A DNA stretch of 64,000 bases from Poseidonia sp. (GTDB taxonomy: Archaea > Thermoplasmatota > Poseidoniia > Poseidoniales > Poseidoniaceae), in contig JAYPIL010000001.1 of the NCBI GenBank assembly GCA_038127845.1, positions 7,960 through 71,959 on the forward strand, written 5' to 3'. Under the pieces are notes generated by a model that saw only the letters and a list, made by a program, of their open reading frames with translations, was not told the DNA's origin and did not search any database. Position 1 is the first letter of the stretch. Each line of letters begins with the position of its first letter. Made by a program: the position numbers and the translations under genes. Below, piece after piece: positions 17,818 through 28,611 of the stretch.

Positions 17818-20123
17818 CCGCCCGTGAGGGTCGCCCAAATCGTGTCCTTTCGCAAGGAATCAGCGGTGCAGATAGCGGCCATGTTCACGATGTGACGGAC
17901 ACCGTCTTGTCGGGCAACCAGTTGCACCGGATGAGCCATGCCCTCAAGAATTGGGCCGGTCATTTCAGCATCGCCCAACTCCTCGAGCAATTTGTAGGCG
18001 ATGTTGGCCGCAGCAAGGTTTGGCAGGATCAACACGTTGGCGGGTCCAACAAGTTCCATGAACGGGTATTCTTCCTGCACCGCTGGATTCAACGCTGTAT
18101 CGCTTTGCATGGGTCCGTCGATCATCAACGTCGGGTCCAATGTACGAGCGATTTGAACGGCGTCTTCAATCCGGTCGCTTCGTTGTTCTCGGGTCGAGCC
18201 AAAGTTGGAAAACGACAGCATCGCTACCCTCGGGACCACCCCAAAGCGACGGGCGACCTTTGCCGTTTGAACCGCAATCTCGGCCAACGTCCGACTGTCA
18301 GGATACACGTTCACCGTGGCATCGGCCAAGAAGATGGTCCGTCCCTTGACGTTCATCATGTAGCAACCGATCACGCAGTGCGCATCGTCGGCTTTGCCGA
18401 TCAGTTCCAAGGTGGGTCGCAACACGTCGGCATAATTTCGGCTCACACCACCAACAAAGCCGTCGGCGTCGCCCGCCTGAACCATTTGAGCGGCAAAGTA
18501 GGGTCGACTCTTCAACAGACGGGCGGCGTCCGGCCAGGTCGTTCCTTTGCGTTGACGGCGTTTGAAGAAGGCGTTTGCGTACACTGTTTTCCGACGCTCA
18601 TCATAGCGGGGATCGCAAGCTTCGTATGCAAAGTTGAGACCCAAGTCTTCCACCATTCGGTCGATGCGGTCCACGGGCCCCAGCAGAATGGGATGGCAAA
18701 TGTCCTGTTCAACCAGTTGGGCTGCCGCACGCAAAACGGGTTCTTTGTCACCTTCGGGGAAGACGATGCGTTTCCCTTTTCCTTTGACCTGATTGATGAC
18801 TTGCCGCATCGCGGAGTAGGACTCGCCCAAGCGCGCCTCCAATTCTTCTCGATACCGGTTAAGGTCAAACGCCTCTGCGGATACACCGGCCACGCCCTCT
18901 TCGATGGCGGCTTTGGCCACGGCTGCAGCCTCCCAAATCAGGACACGTCGGTCAAAGGGTTTGGGGATGATGTATTCGGGACCGTACTGCATCACAACGC
19001 CGTCATAGGCGGCTGAGATATAATCCGGAACAGGCTCCTTCGCAAGGGCAGCCAGCGCCCTGGTCGCTGCCATTTTCATGTTCTGCGTGATGTCACGAGC
19101 ACGTACGTCGAGGGCCCCTCGGAAGATGTAGGGAAAGCCCAGAACGTTGTTGACTTGATTCGCATAGTCCGAACGGCCCGTGGCGATGATGGCGTCGCTG
19201 CGGACCTGTAGCACTTCTTCGGGCAAAATTTCAGGCGTTGGGTTGGCCAACGCGAAGATGATCGGTTTCTCGGCCATGCTGGCGACCATCTCTTTGGTCA
19301 CCAAACCGCCTTTTGACAAGCCCAACATCACGTCGGCACCCTTGAGCGCATCGGCCAAGTCTCCTGGCTTGCGGTCTTGGGCGAAAGGGGCTTTGTATTC
19401 GTTCAGTTCACCGTTGTCAAGACGAGTCTTGGTCACAATGCCTTGGCTGTCAACGAGGGTGATGTTGGCCATCTTCACGCCGATGGCGACGTAGTGGTTC
19501 GCACACGCAATCGCTGAAGCACCGGCTCCAATGACGACCACCTTGACCTTGTCAAGCGGTTTTTCCTGAAGTTCTGCCGCATTGAGAAGGGCTGCGGCCG
19601 AGATGATGGCGGTGCCGTGTTGGTCGTCATGCATCACCGGGATATCCGTGGCTTCGGCGATACGACGTTCGATTTCGAAACACTCTGGCGCTTTGATGTC
19701 CTCGAGGTTGATGCCCCCGAAAGTTTTCGAGATGTTGACCACCGTGTTGATGAATTCCTCCGGGTCTTCCGTGTCCACTTCGATGTCAAACACATCGATG
19801 CCGGCGAAGGTCTTCAGCAACAGGCCCTTTCCCTCCATCACGGGTTTGCTGGCGAGCGCCCCGATGTTTCCGAGGCCCAACACCGCCGTTCCGTTGGAGA
19901 TCACGGCCACGAGGTTTCCCTTCGATGTGTAACGATACGCATCTTCCGGACGCGCCTCGATCTCAAGACACGGGTAAGCCACACCAGGAGAGTAGGCCAA
20001 ACTCAACTCGTGAGCGGTGGAATGAGGTTTTGTCGGGACGACTTTGATTTTTCCTTGGGGTTCGGCCTCGTGATATTCCAGCGCTTCTTTGCGAAGCAAG
20101 CGGTCTTTCTTCTTCATGCCCAT
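17799..20123 (-). CDS. maeB: NADP-dependent malic enzyme, fused form with C-terminal phosphotransacetylase-like domain
   Basis: The malic-enzyme core includes 'LSLAYSPGVA', 'VVVIGAGASAIA' and 'ANPTPEI'. It is followed by a PTA-like domain of about 330 aa. Total length is 774 aa. Confidence 0.9.
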   Translation of the reverse strand: MGMKKKDRLLRKEALEYHEAEPQGKIKVVPTKPHSTAHELSLAYSPGVAYPCLEIEARPEDAYRYTSKGNLVAVISNGTAVLGLGNIGALASKPVMEGKGLLLKTFAGIDVFDIEVDTEDPEEFINTVVNISKTFGGINLEDIKAPECFEIERRIAEATDIPVMHDDQHGTAIISAAALLNAAELQEKPLDKVKVVVIGAGASAIACANHYVAIGVKMANITLVDSQGIVTKTRLDNGELNEYKAPFAQDRKPGDLADALKGADVMLGLSKGGLVTKEMVASMAEKPIIFALANPTPEILPEEVLQVRSDAIIATGRSDYANQVNNVLGFPYIFRGALDVRARDITQNMKMAATRALAALAKEPVPDYISAAYDGVVMQYGPEYIIPKPFDRRVLIWEAAAVAKAAIEEGVAGVSAEAFDLNRYREELEARLGESYSAMRQVINQVKGKGKRIVFPEGDKEPVLRAAAQLVEQDICHPILLGPVDRIDRMVEDLGLNFAYEACDPRYDERRKTVYANAFFKRRQRKGTTWPDAARLLKSRPYFAAQMVQAGDADGFVGGVSRNYADVLRPTLELIGKADDAHCVIGCYMMNVKGRTIFLADATVNVYPDSRTLAEIAVQTAKVARRFGVVPRVAMLSFSNFGSTREQRSDRIEDAVQIARTLDPTLMIDGPMQSDTALNPAVQEEYPFMELVGPANVLILPNLAAANIAYKLLEELGDAEMTGPILEGMAHPVQLVARQDGVRHIVNMAAICTADSLRKDTIWATLTGGQDTSS

Positions 20124-20261
20124 GCAAATCCCAACACGAACGGCACAGGGGTAGTGTTTGAGTCTTGTGCGAGGTTGAAGCCGTGCTGGTGAACTTTCAG
20201 CAGGTCAGCAACGGGCGAACACGGCAAGGTAAAGCAACCGAGCATTGTACAGTCAGCGAAG

Positions 20262-20272
20262 GCTTCCTTTCA
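20262..20272 (+). promoter_or_regulatory. Putative TATA-like element upstream of the giant surface-protein gene
   Basis: 'TTCAAATAAGT' lies about 28 nt upstream of ATG 20299. Confidence 0.3.
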
Positions 20273-20298
20273 AATAAGTGGAAAATACACCGTTCACC

Positions 20299-23200
20299 AT
20301 GAAACAGGGCCGAATGTCCACCATCAAGGGTCAGCGTCATCGCGCCCTTTCCATGGTGGTGCTGATGGTCTTGATGTCCCTCGGCCCACTGCTCACCACG
20401 CCAACCGCCTCGGCCCATGCAGAGCCAAGCGGCGTTTCGTGGCCTCTTGAGGGCAGCAACGACACCGGCTGGATTCGCTTGGATGCCACCGGAGCAAACC
20501 CCTTGACCGGCCAACAAGCCACCGCTGACTGGAACCTCTCGTTTGCACCCGGTGCTGAACTTTCCAACGTCACGCTGGAGATTCGTGCGAGCGGTCAAGA
20601 CGGATTGACCATCGAAAATCCACACCTCACCGTGAACGGAATGGGGACGTCGTTGTTTGACTGGCGCGGCTTGGGCGTCCTCGGAGAGGAGAGCGGTTTT
20701 ACCTCCGGGGCCACCTACAGCGGTCGCTTGAACCCCAACAGCAATTCTGGCGCAGGTTGGGACCTCCCGTCGGACGCCGAAATCACCGAGATGATCATCG
20801 AAGTGCTTGCACCGGCCGACGCGTTGGTTTCGTTGAAGGCGGTTGAATTTGACGTCCGAGCCACCGCGGTTGATGTCAACAGCGGCTTGCTTTACATTGC
20901 CGTAAACGACCGCTTGCTGGTGCTGAACGCCAACAACGACCCCATCATCATCGACACCTACGAATTCACGTCACAGAACGGTGTTCTTGACCTCGTTGCT
21001 GACAGCACCAACAACGTCCTCCACATGCTCATGGGAGACGGTACTTTCCGCGCCCTTTCCCTCACCAACAGCAGCGCCGTAACGCCCCTCGGACCCGGTG
21101 ATGTTGACGTGTTTTACCGCACCAGCGGCGGGGCGGTCTTTGCTGCCAGCGGCCAAGGCGTCGTTGAATGGGTCAACGGAGCGTGGACCTCTCGCATTGG
21201 CGTGACCACGCTTGACCGTATCACGGAAGCCTATGCCATGGTGGAGGTCGGCGGCGTCCTCTACACCTCAATAGAAGACGTTGGTGTGCTTCGCTACGAC
21301 CTGAACAACAACCAACCGCTGTCCACGTGGAGCACCGCCAATTCCCTCCACTCCGACAATGTTCTTCACATGACGGTGTCAGGCAACCAGCTCCTTCTCG
21401 GCTCCGTTGACAACGGTGTGGGCCGTTATGACCACGCCGCTGGATTCTGGCTCTCAACCTGGACCTCGGCCAACTGGCTCAACAGCGATTCCATCGGTGG
21501 CGTGGAGCGCGTTGGAAGCATGCTTTACATCCTCAGCGGCGATGCCCTGCATTCGTACAACACCAGCAACGGTGTCTTTTCCACAACCTACGCTCTTGGC
21601 AGCCTCAACCTCGCAGGAAACGGAGCGTCCCTGACGGTGTGGGATGCCACGGGCGGAGCAGCCCCCGCAACACCTGCCTTGCTGGTGGATGATGCCAGCG
21701 GCACCCTTGCTCATCTTTCCCCGGGCCAAACGCCGCTTCTTGAAGCCAACATCGTGCTGGCGAGCGGTCCGTCGACCGAGGAGATGACCAGTCTTCTCGA
21801 ACTTGATGGCATCCTGTACATCGGTGGGGCCGATGGAACGAGCATCTCACGCTACGACATCAACAACGCCGTGTGGCTTACCCCATGGTCGGCCAACGGA
21901 GAAGATGTGGTTGAATTGGCCACCGACGGAACCGATCTCTTCGCAGCCCAACAACCCACGCCGGTGGTCATGCAGTTCAACACCGCCACCGGAAGCGCCA
22001 CCGCATGGGACGGAACCAACGGATGTTACCCCTCCAGCGCAACCATCAACTCCATGGTCAGCGACGGAAACCACTTGGCGCTCACCCTTGACAGCGGCAC
22101 CTTTGCTCTCTTTGACATGAGTACGGGAGCGTGCACCTCCTACGATACCACCAACGGACTGCCGACGTCCTTCCTTGGTGACGTGGTGTTCTTCGGTAGC
22201 ATGGCCTACATCGCCACCGAAAACCGAGGTGTCCTGCGTTACGACATCACCAACAACACCTGGCTTGAGCCGTGGGGTTCCACCGGCATCAACGGCGTTT
22301 CCAACGCACCCGTCGCCATTGTGGGCGACATGCTCTATCTTGGTTTGGAAGGCTACGGCGTCGCTCGAAAAGACTTGAGCACGGGTGAAATCCTTGCGCC
22401 GTTGACCGCCAGCAACCGAGGCGGCGTGTTGCCCTCGGACAGAATCTACGCCCTCGAGGCAGAAGGCTCCAACCTGTACATCGGCACCCAGCAGGGTGCA
22501 CGAAAGTGGGACGGAAACCAAGCCACCAGTTTTGGTCAGGGCTCAACTTGGCAAACACGACCTCAACAATTCTTTGATTTCGCCATCGACGGCGCATCGC
22601 TCTATGCCGGTACCAACATCGGATTGTGCAAGTACACGCTCTCGACGCTGGCCATGAACGATTGCCAGAACGTCTACGACGGCATGCCCAATTGGGCCAC
22701 CTTCAGCGTCGGTGTCGATAGCACCTATGTCTACGGTGGCACCAATTCAGGTGTCGGCCTCATCACGAAATCCAACTTCCAGCACGACGAGAATTGGGGC
22801 GAAGGAACCCAAACCGGAAACGCCGTGGTGGAGATCATGGGCGACATCGCTTACATCGGCACCGAAGGTTTGGGCGTGCTGCGCTATAACATCACCTCCA
22901 ACCAGTGGCTGACACCGTTCACCGAAGACAACGGCGTCCTCGACGGTGGCAACGACGACGTCACCGGCCTTGCCGCTGACATCCGTCCAAACATGATTTG
23001 GGTTGGCGGCAGTGATGGATTCCAACTCATCAACGTCACCAACGGTGCAGAAGTCTACGACATCGAACGCACCAGCAGCCAGTACACGGCCGACGGTGAC
23101 CCCTACGGCATGATCATTCACAACAACATCATGTATTACCACTCGGGCACCGCCAGCGATGAAGTGAGTCGATTGAATGTCACGAATGCTGCAACGCTTT

Positions 23201-26200
23201 CCAACCTCGACATCGGCGCCCAGGTGGGAGAAAACGGCGGTGACATCGTCAGCATGGAATTGTCCGGTGACACACTCATGGTGAGCGTCGTCTCCGGACA
23301 GTGGTGGAACGCCGACGGTTCGGGCGGTATTGCACGGTGGAACACCACCACCTCAAGTTTTGAAACCAACATCTTGCCCACCGGCTCCATCGACCGTGTA
23401 ACTGCGTACGAGTCTTCGAATGGAAACACGTGGATTGCTTGGGGCGAGTTGAAACTTGACCTCTACGACAGTTCCCAAACGCTGGTGAATTCGTGGACCA
23501 ACTTTGACTTCCCCATTCGGGGCATCGTTGAGCACAACGGTGAAACCCTGTTCGCCACAGAAGACGGTGTTGCACGGTACAACGAGAACACCAACACCTG
23601 GAACACCACTTGGGAGGCCGGGAACGGGCTACCAAACAACGCTGGTGACCGATTTTACGAATTGTGGACGGACGGCACGCACTTGGTCGTCGGAGGTGCT
23701 GATATCGGGAATTTCGGTCAGTTTCGAGAAGGAATCATCTCGCACCGCAACGGTGCAGGTGCATGGACGTCTTACCCGGCAGACTCCTACAGCAACATCC
23801 CCGACGGCTACCCTATTTCCATGGAGATGTGCGGCGGTATGCTCAACATTGCCATGTACAACGGCAACGGCGGCATTGCTCGGATTGACCTGCAAAACGC
23901 CACGGTGAACGCAGGCTTTGACCGCAGTCAACTCGACGGATTCGGGCCTGCGTCGGTCACCTGCGATAATCAAAACACCCTCTACATCGGCTACTACAAC
24001 GACAACCAGCCGATTAGCCGCTACAGTTACGCCACCTCGGCCTTCATTTCCAGCTTGACCACCGCCAGCCACAACCTCCCCAGCGACCGTGTGTGGTACG
24101 ATGCGCTCTCGCATTCCGGCACCCAACTCATCGTCGGTCACGCCGTCGGAAACACGGGTTCGAACCTCATCGCAGGTGGGTACTCGACCTTGGTGGCCAG
24201 TGGCGCGACCGCTTTGCAAGCACAAATCCAGGGTGCAGGTTCTCCCGTAACTTCCCTGCAGTGGCTCAGTGGCTCGTCCGAGTGGCTCATCGGCCGTGCC
24301 GGTGGATCATCTGGCTACAGCGAAGTCGCGACCCTTTCGTCCGCAGGACGTCAAACGGTCGTGGACCTCCCGGGCCTCGTCAGCGGCCAAGTACCAACGA
24401 TGGTGGCCAACGCCACGCACCTTTGGGCTTCGACCGGAACGTCCGCCACCTCAGGAAACTTTGGTGGTAGCGGAACCGGCTTGCTCCAAGGCACCTTTTT
24501 GCCAAACGGAACGGTGGATTGGGAATTTGGATGGACCCTGCCCGGTAACACCGTTGCAAGCGGCCTCCACCTCCACGGAACCGATCTGTACATCGCTTCC
24601 TCTCCGGGCGGCATGCTCAAACTCGACACGCTCACCAGAACCATCACCAACATCGGTGGGTCTCTTCACACGAAGATGGACACGATGCACGTCTACAACG
24701 GCGAGCTCGTCATCGGATTGGCGGGCGCAGGAGGGAGTCCACCCGGCGTTCAACTGTTTGACCCAACCACCGACCAATTTGGGAACGGTCGATTGATTGC
24801 GGGTCTGCCCTCCAACATCGTCAACGGCTTTGCAGACACCAGCGCCATTCTCTACATCGCCACCAACGGCGGTATCGGGCGTTGGAACTACACCAGCAAC
24901 GGCTGGATGGACTCCATCACGGTCGGCAACGGTCTGCCCAGCGATGTCGTCGAAGACGTGGTCGCTGTTGGCAACGACATCTACATGGCCACGCCAGCAG
25001 GTGTGTTTGTTTGGGATGCCAGCACCAACACGGGTCGAACGATGACAACCGCCAACGGCCTCATGGGTCAATCCTCGTGGGGACTGGTCAAAGTGACATC
25101 GGCGACAGGCAGTGTTTCGGTCCTCGTCAGTCACGACGGTCGTGGCTCAGAGCGCCCCGGTGTGAGCATCATCGACGCAAGCAGCCAGCAAGTCACCTCA
25201 ACACATCGCTTTGACCAATTGCCTTCGAACACCGTGACGGCATTGGCCGCAGACTTCTGGGGCCTCCACATCGCCACGGATGTCGGCCCCCTCACGCACT
25301 GGAACGCCACCAGCGGAGATTTTGAAGACGGAACGGGTTCCTTCCAACTGCAATACCCTGTTCGCCGACTCGTGAGTGACGGGGATGAAGTGCTCGCTGT
25401 GGGTTCGCAAAACACCGTGATGCTCGTTGAAGCCCGAACCAACACCCACGCCAGCAAAGCCTTCCTCACCGCCATGGGCGTTGAAAGCGGGACACTGGGC
25501 AACAACCACATTTGGGCCATCGCCGACGAAGGCCTCCGAGGGTGGGCCAACAACGGCCAATACACGCCTGTTGAAGACACAACGATGCGTCGAGCACTTC
25601 CCTTGACCCTTCGCGCCCTGAACAACGGTGGTGGCATGAACGTGACCGACATGGTGCATCCTGGGATGCCCATTGAACTCATCAACCCGTCCGCCTCCTT
25701 TACACTCGACGCCAGCCAGGGAACGCAAGGCGTTCACAACCTGCTGTTCCAAAACGTGCCAATCGTGATGACGTCGCCGGTCAGCGGTGCTGCCGTTTGG
25801 GCAAAATCCGTTTCGCTCAAGTACGACGTAACCCTTGACATCAGCAACGATGCAGCGCTCGCTCTGAATCTTCAAGATGCGGTTGACAACGGCCAATTGT
25901 TCAACAACACCCGCCATGTGTCCCTCCGACTGTACTCGCCTTCCAACGGCTCGCTGGAAGCAAGGCTGACCTACGACTACGTCCGTTCCGACACACCCGT
26001 CGCCATGGAAGGCCTCGTCGACCGCCCGGATGACGGTGGCGGCGTCTTGACGGCTTCGTGGTCGTTGGTTCACGACGAGGACTTCGCACGCTACCTCGTG
26101 TTCGTCAACGAAGGACCATGGGCAGGTGTTCCTGACGAATTGATGCTTCTCGGCCAGACGCCCGATAAAACCGTCTCCCTCCACAGCCGATTGTCAACAG

Positions 26201-28602
26201 ACATCGAAACCGCCAACGGTCAGCCACTGAAAGACGGTACGGACTACCATGCCGTTGTGGTGGTCGAATACAATGACGGACGCTGGGGTGATGTGTCGGC
26301 TCCCTTGGGCCCTGCATCGCCGAGCGATGAGGTCCCCGGCGCACCGGAATGGGCGTTAGCCCAAGCCATGGGAGCCAGCGGCGAAGATGGCGATGTTCAA
26401 CTCGAATGGGCCCGTTGCACAGCCCTTGACCTCGCCAAGACACACATCTATGTGGCGACCACGCCGATGACCGATGCTTTGGGCCGAACGCCGTCAGCGG
26501 CGGTGCTGCCCAACGAAGGCAACCAATCCATGATATCGCTCACACCCGGCATACCCGTTTGGATTGGTCTAACCTGTGTTGACGAGGCAGGCCAAGAGAA
26601 CCTCTCCGACCTCACGGTTGTTGGCCCCATCGTGCCAACAGGAGATATCGATGACAACGACGCTCCAGACCCCGTTGAGGGGACCGAAGCGAGCGATGTT
26701 CCCGACGATGAAGGTGGGCGAATCGTGGTTCAGTGGAACCAAAGCGAAGCCGACGACTGTGCGTTCTACACGGTCTTCATGAAACAGAGCGACGACCTCA
26801 TTGTGGACGGTGCACAACGGGGAAGCGTCGATGGTTTCTCCCAAGCCGCCATCGTCAATCCTTGCGACGAAACCAACGTCATTCTCTCCTCGCTCGACGG
26901 TGTTCCGCTGATCGACGGTCAAGCATACACCATCGGCGTCGTTGCGTACGATGTTTGGCTGAACGGAAACACGGACGATGTCCTGCTGGTCACGGCCACA
27001 CCGTTCCAGAACACCATGGGGCAAGGGACCACACCGCCCCGAATCACCACATTGCTCGCCTTTGACCACGCCGAGGATGACGGCACGGCCATCGACGTCG
27101 TCTGGGAGCCTTCGACGGTTGAGGACTTCGCCTCCTACACCGTTTGGGTCGCCAGCGCTCCGGTGACCGACCTGTCCTTTGCCTACGCTGTCTTCGGCAC
27201 CAACCCGGATGCCTGCGGGTGTTTCACCTTCAACAAGCAATGGATTGACGAGCGAACAAATCCCATTGAACTCACCCTCTCCAACGCCCTCTATGTCCCT
27301 GAGGGAGGAGCCCTCGCCGACGGCGTGCCCGACCTGATTCGACCCGATGTTGAACTCTTTGTCGCCGTGACCGTTCACGACCTCAAAGGCAACGTGTACC
27401 TGACCAATTTGACCCAGGCAACGGTTACACCCATCGACAATCTCAACGACAACACACCTCCCGACCGCTTGACCGACCTGTCGCTTACGGACCGGCCCAA
27501 CGACGACGGAAGCGCACTGCTGCTCGACTTTGCGCTCTCCGAGGCCCCCGATATCGCCGCCTACGAAGTGTACGCCACCACCTTCAGTTTCACCAGCGTC
27601 AAACAGGGTGCTCAGACGGGACAAAACCCCGACATTGTTCCCGTGGCAACATTGGGCCGAAACCCTGTTCTCCCACTGACCATCGACCTCGTCTCGGGCG
27701 ATATTCCGGTGATTGCAGGTCAGGAAATTTGGGTGGCTGTGGTCGCCCGAGACTCCTCCGGTAACGCTCACGAAACCATGCTCACGGTGGTTTCGGGTAC
27801 CAGCACCGACGAAGGCATCACAGACCCTGGCGTCTACCTCCCCGATATCGCTGACGTCACGGCTTCGTGGTTCGAAGAGGTCAGCATTTTCGTGGAGTGG
27901 CAGCACTCGACCGATGCCAAGGTCAAGGGCTATCACATCTACATCTCGGACGAAATGTTTGCTTCCACGGATGAAGCCACCATGGTCGGGGAAACGGTAT
28001 CGTCCAACACCTTCGTGATCGACACGTCGTTGTATGGTGAACTGAACAATCAATCCACCTGGTACATCGGCGTGGTGCCTTACGACGAATCGGTGGCGAA
28101 AATCACGGTTGAAGCCATCAAACTTGGTGCCCTGGACAACGACGGGCAAGACGCACAGCAAGGGGACGACGGCGGACAACTTTCGCTCGAGGCCTTGCTG
28201 ACGGGACCCAACTTGATTGCGGCCGGCATGGTGCTGGTCATCCTGCTGTTGCTGGTCATCATCGTGCGGTCACGAAGCACGTCTTCGCAGCGTGCCAAGA
28301 ATTGGGAACTGCAAGAGGCAACGTGGGGCATTCAAGACAACGGTTGGGGGGCAAGTTCACCGGTGGCCCCGCCGACCAACGCCCCTGCTCCACCTCCAGG
28401 TATCACGGCCCAACAAGCCAACGACATCTATGCCGCTGCCGAACAAATCCAAACCAATACCATTGGACGCACCGCCTATCAGCCTCAACAGCCCGTGCTA
28501 AAGCCGCAGGTCGACACGGCACTCTTGGATGGATTGCTTGATGAACCGGCGGAACCAAAGATGCCCCAAATTGACACGTCGTTCCTCGATGACCTCCTGT
28601 GA
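20299..28602 (+). CDS. Giant (about 2770-aa) type-I membrane-anchored cell-surface protein. It has N-terminal beta-propeller (Reg_prop/Y_Y_Y-like) repeats and C-terminal Fn3/Ig-like domains, a TM anchor, and a Pro-rich cytoplasmic tail.
   Basis: Signal peptide 'MKQGRMSTIK..LMVLMSLGPLLTTPTASAHA'. More than 20 repeats of a ~45-aa motif resemble two-component-regulator propeller repeats, e.g. 'ANWLNSDSIGGVERVGSMLYILSGDALHSYNTSNGVF'. The C-terminal TM is 'LIAAGMVLVILLLLVIIV', followed by RSRS..PPTNAPAPPP. Confidence 0.85.
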   Translation: MKQGRMSTIKGQRHRALSMVVLMVLMSLGPLLTTPTASAHAEPSGVSWPLEGSNDTGWIRLDATGANPLTGQQATADWNLSFAPGAELSNVTLEIRASGQDGLTIENPHLTVNGMGTSLFDWRGLGVLGEESGFTSGATYSGRLNPNSNSGAGWDLPSDAEITEMIIEVLAPADALVSLKAVEFDVRATAVDVNSGLLYIAVNDRLLVLNANNDPIIIDTYEFTSQNGVLDLVADSTNNVLHMLMGDGTFRALSLTNSSAVTPLGPGDVDVFYRTSGGAVFAASGQGVVEWVNGAWTSRIGVTTLDRITEAYAMVEVGGVLYTSIEDVGVLRYDLNNNQPLSTWSTANSLHSDNVLHMTVSGNQLLLGSVDNGVGRYDHAAGFWLSTWTSANWLNSDSIGGVERVGSMLYILSGDALHSYNTSNGVFSTTYALGSLNLAGNGASLTVWDATGGAAPATPALLVDDASGTLAHLSPGQTPLLEANIVLASGPSTEEMTSLLELDGILYIGGADGTSISRYDINNAVWLTPWSANGEDVVELATDGTDLFAAQQPTPVVMQFNTATGSATAWDGTNGCYPSSATINSMVSDGNHLALTLDSGTFALFDMSTGACTSYDTTNGLPTSFLGDVVFFGSMAYIATENRGVLRYDITNNTWLEPWGSTGINGVSNAPVAIVGDMLYLGLEGYGVARKDLSTGEILAPLTASNRGGVLPSDRIYALEAEGSNLYIGTQQGARKWDGNQATSFGQGSTWQTRPQQFFDFAIDGASLYAGTNIGLCKYTLSTLAMNDCQNVYDGMPNWATFSVGVDSTYVYGGTNSGVGLITKSNFQHDENWGEGTQTGNAVVEIMGDIAYIGTEGLGVLRYNITSNQWLTPFTEDNGVLDGGNDDVTGLAADIRPNMIWVGGSDGFQLINVTNGAEVYDIERTSSQYTADGDPYGMIIHNNIMYYHSGTASDEVSRLNVTNAATLSNLDIGAQVGENGGDIVSMELSGDTLMVSVVSGQWWNADGSGGIARWNTTTSSFETNILPTGSIDRVTAYESSNGNTWIAWGELKLDLYDSSQTLVNSWTNFDFPIRGIVEHNGETLFATEDGVARYNENTNTWNTTWEAGNGLPNNAGDRFYELWTDGTHLVVGGADIGNFGQFREGIISHRNGAGAWTSYPADSYSNIPDGYPISMEMCGGMLNIAMYNGNGGIARIDLQNATVNAGFDRSQLDGFGPASVTCDNQNTLYIGYYNDNQPISRYSYATSAFISSLTTASHNLPSDRVWYDALSHSGTQLIVGHAVGNTGSNLIAGGYSTLVASGATALQAQIQGAGSPVTSLQWLSGSSEWLIGRAGGSSGYSEVATLSSAGRQTVVDLPGLVSGQVPTMVANATHLWASTGTSATSGNFGGSGTGLLQGTFLPNGTVDWEFGWTLPGNTVASGLHLHGTDLYIASSPGGMLKLDTLTRTITNIGGSLHTKMDTMHVYNGELVIGLAGAGGSPPGVQLFDPTTDQFGNGRLIAGLPSNIVNGFADTSAILYIATNGGIGRWNYTSNGWMDSITVGNGLPSDVVEDVVAVGNDIYMATPAGVFVWDASTNTGRTMTTANGLMGQSSWGLVKVTSATGSVSVLVSHDGRGSERPGVSIIDASSQQVTSTHRFDQLPSNTVTALAADFWGLHIATDVGPLTHWNATSGDFEDGTGSFQLQYPVRRLVSDGDEVLAVGSQNTVMLVEARTNTHASKAFLTAMGVESGTLGNNHIWAIADEGLRGWANNGQYTPVEDTTMRRALPLTLRALNNGGGMNVTDMVHPGMPIELINPSASFTLDASQGTQGVHNLLFQNVPIVMTSPVSGAAVWAKSVSLKYDVTLDISNDAALALNLQDAVDNGQLFNNTRHVSLRLYSPSNGSLEARLTYDYVRSDTPVAMEGLVDRPDDGGGVLTASWSLVHDEDFARYLVFVNEGPWAGVPDELMLLGQTPDKTVSLHSRLSTDIETANGQPLKDGTDYHAVVVVEYNDGRWGDVSAPLGPASPSDEVPGAPEWALAQAMGASGEDGDVQLEWARCTALDLAKTHIYVATTPMTDALGRTPSAAVLPNEGNQSMISLTPGIPVWIGLTCVDEAGQENLSDLTVVGPIVPTGDIDDNDAPDPVEGTEASDVPDDEGGRIVVQWNQSEADDCAFYTVFMKQSDDLIVDGAQRGSVDGFSQAAIVNPCDETNVILSSLDGVPLIDGQAYTIGVVAYDVWLNGNTDDVLLVTATPFQNTMGQGTTPPRITTLLAFDHAEDDGTAIDVVWEPSTVEDFASYTVWVASAPVTDLSFAYAVFGTNPDACGCFTFNKQWIDERTNPIELTLSNALYVPEGGALADGVPDLIRPDVELFVAVTVHDLKGNVYLTNLTQATVTPIDNLNDNTPPDRLTDLSLTDRPNDDGSALLLDFALSEAPDIAAYEVYATTFSFTSVKQGAQTGQNPDIVPVATLGRNPVLPLTIDLVSGDIPVIAGQEIWVAVVARDSSGNAHETMLTVVSGTSTDEGITDPGVYLPDIADVTASWFEEVSIFVEWQHSTDAKVKGYHIYISDEMFASTDEATMVGETVSSNTFVIDTSLYGELNNQSTWYIGVVPYDESVAKITVEAIKLGALDNDGQDAQQGDDGGQLSLEALLTGPNLIAAGMVLVILLLLVIIVRSRSTSSQRAKNWELQEATWGIQDNGWGASSPVAPPTNAPAPPPGITAQQANDIYAAAEQIQTNTIGRTAYQPQQPVLKPQVDTALLDGLLDEPAEPKMPQIDTSFLDDLL

Positions 28603-28611
28603 GGGGCCGCC

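Noticed and set aside
26569-28179. 536-aa ORF on the minus strand inside the giant surface-protein gene. Similar antisense ORFs lie at 25198-26184, 24451-25134 and 23629-24225.
   Set aside because: These are antisense 'shadow' ORFs, typical of high-GC coding DNA. They are entirely contained in the 8.3-kb + strand gene, which has a signal peptide, coherent repeats and a TM anchor. Their translations are low-complexity, Gly/Val/Asp-rich mirrors of the sense codons.
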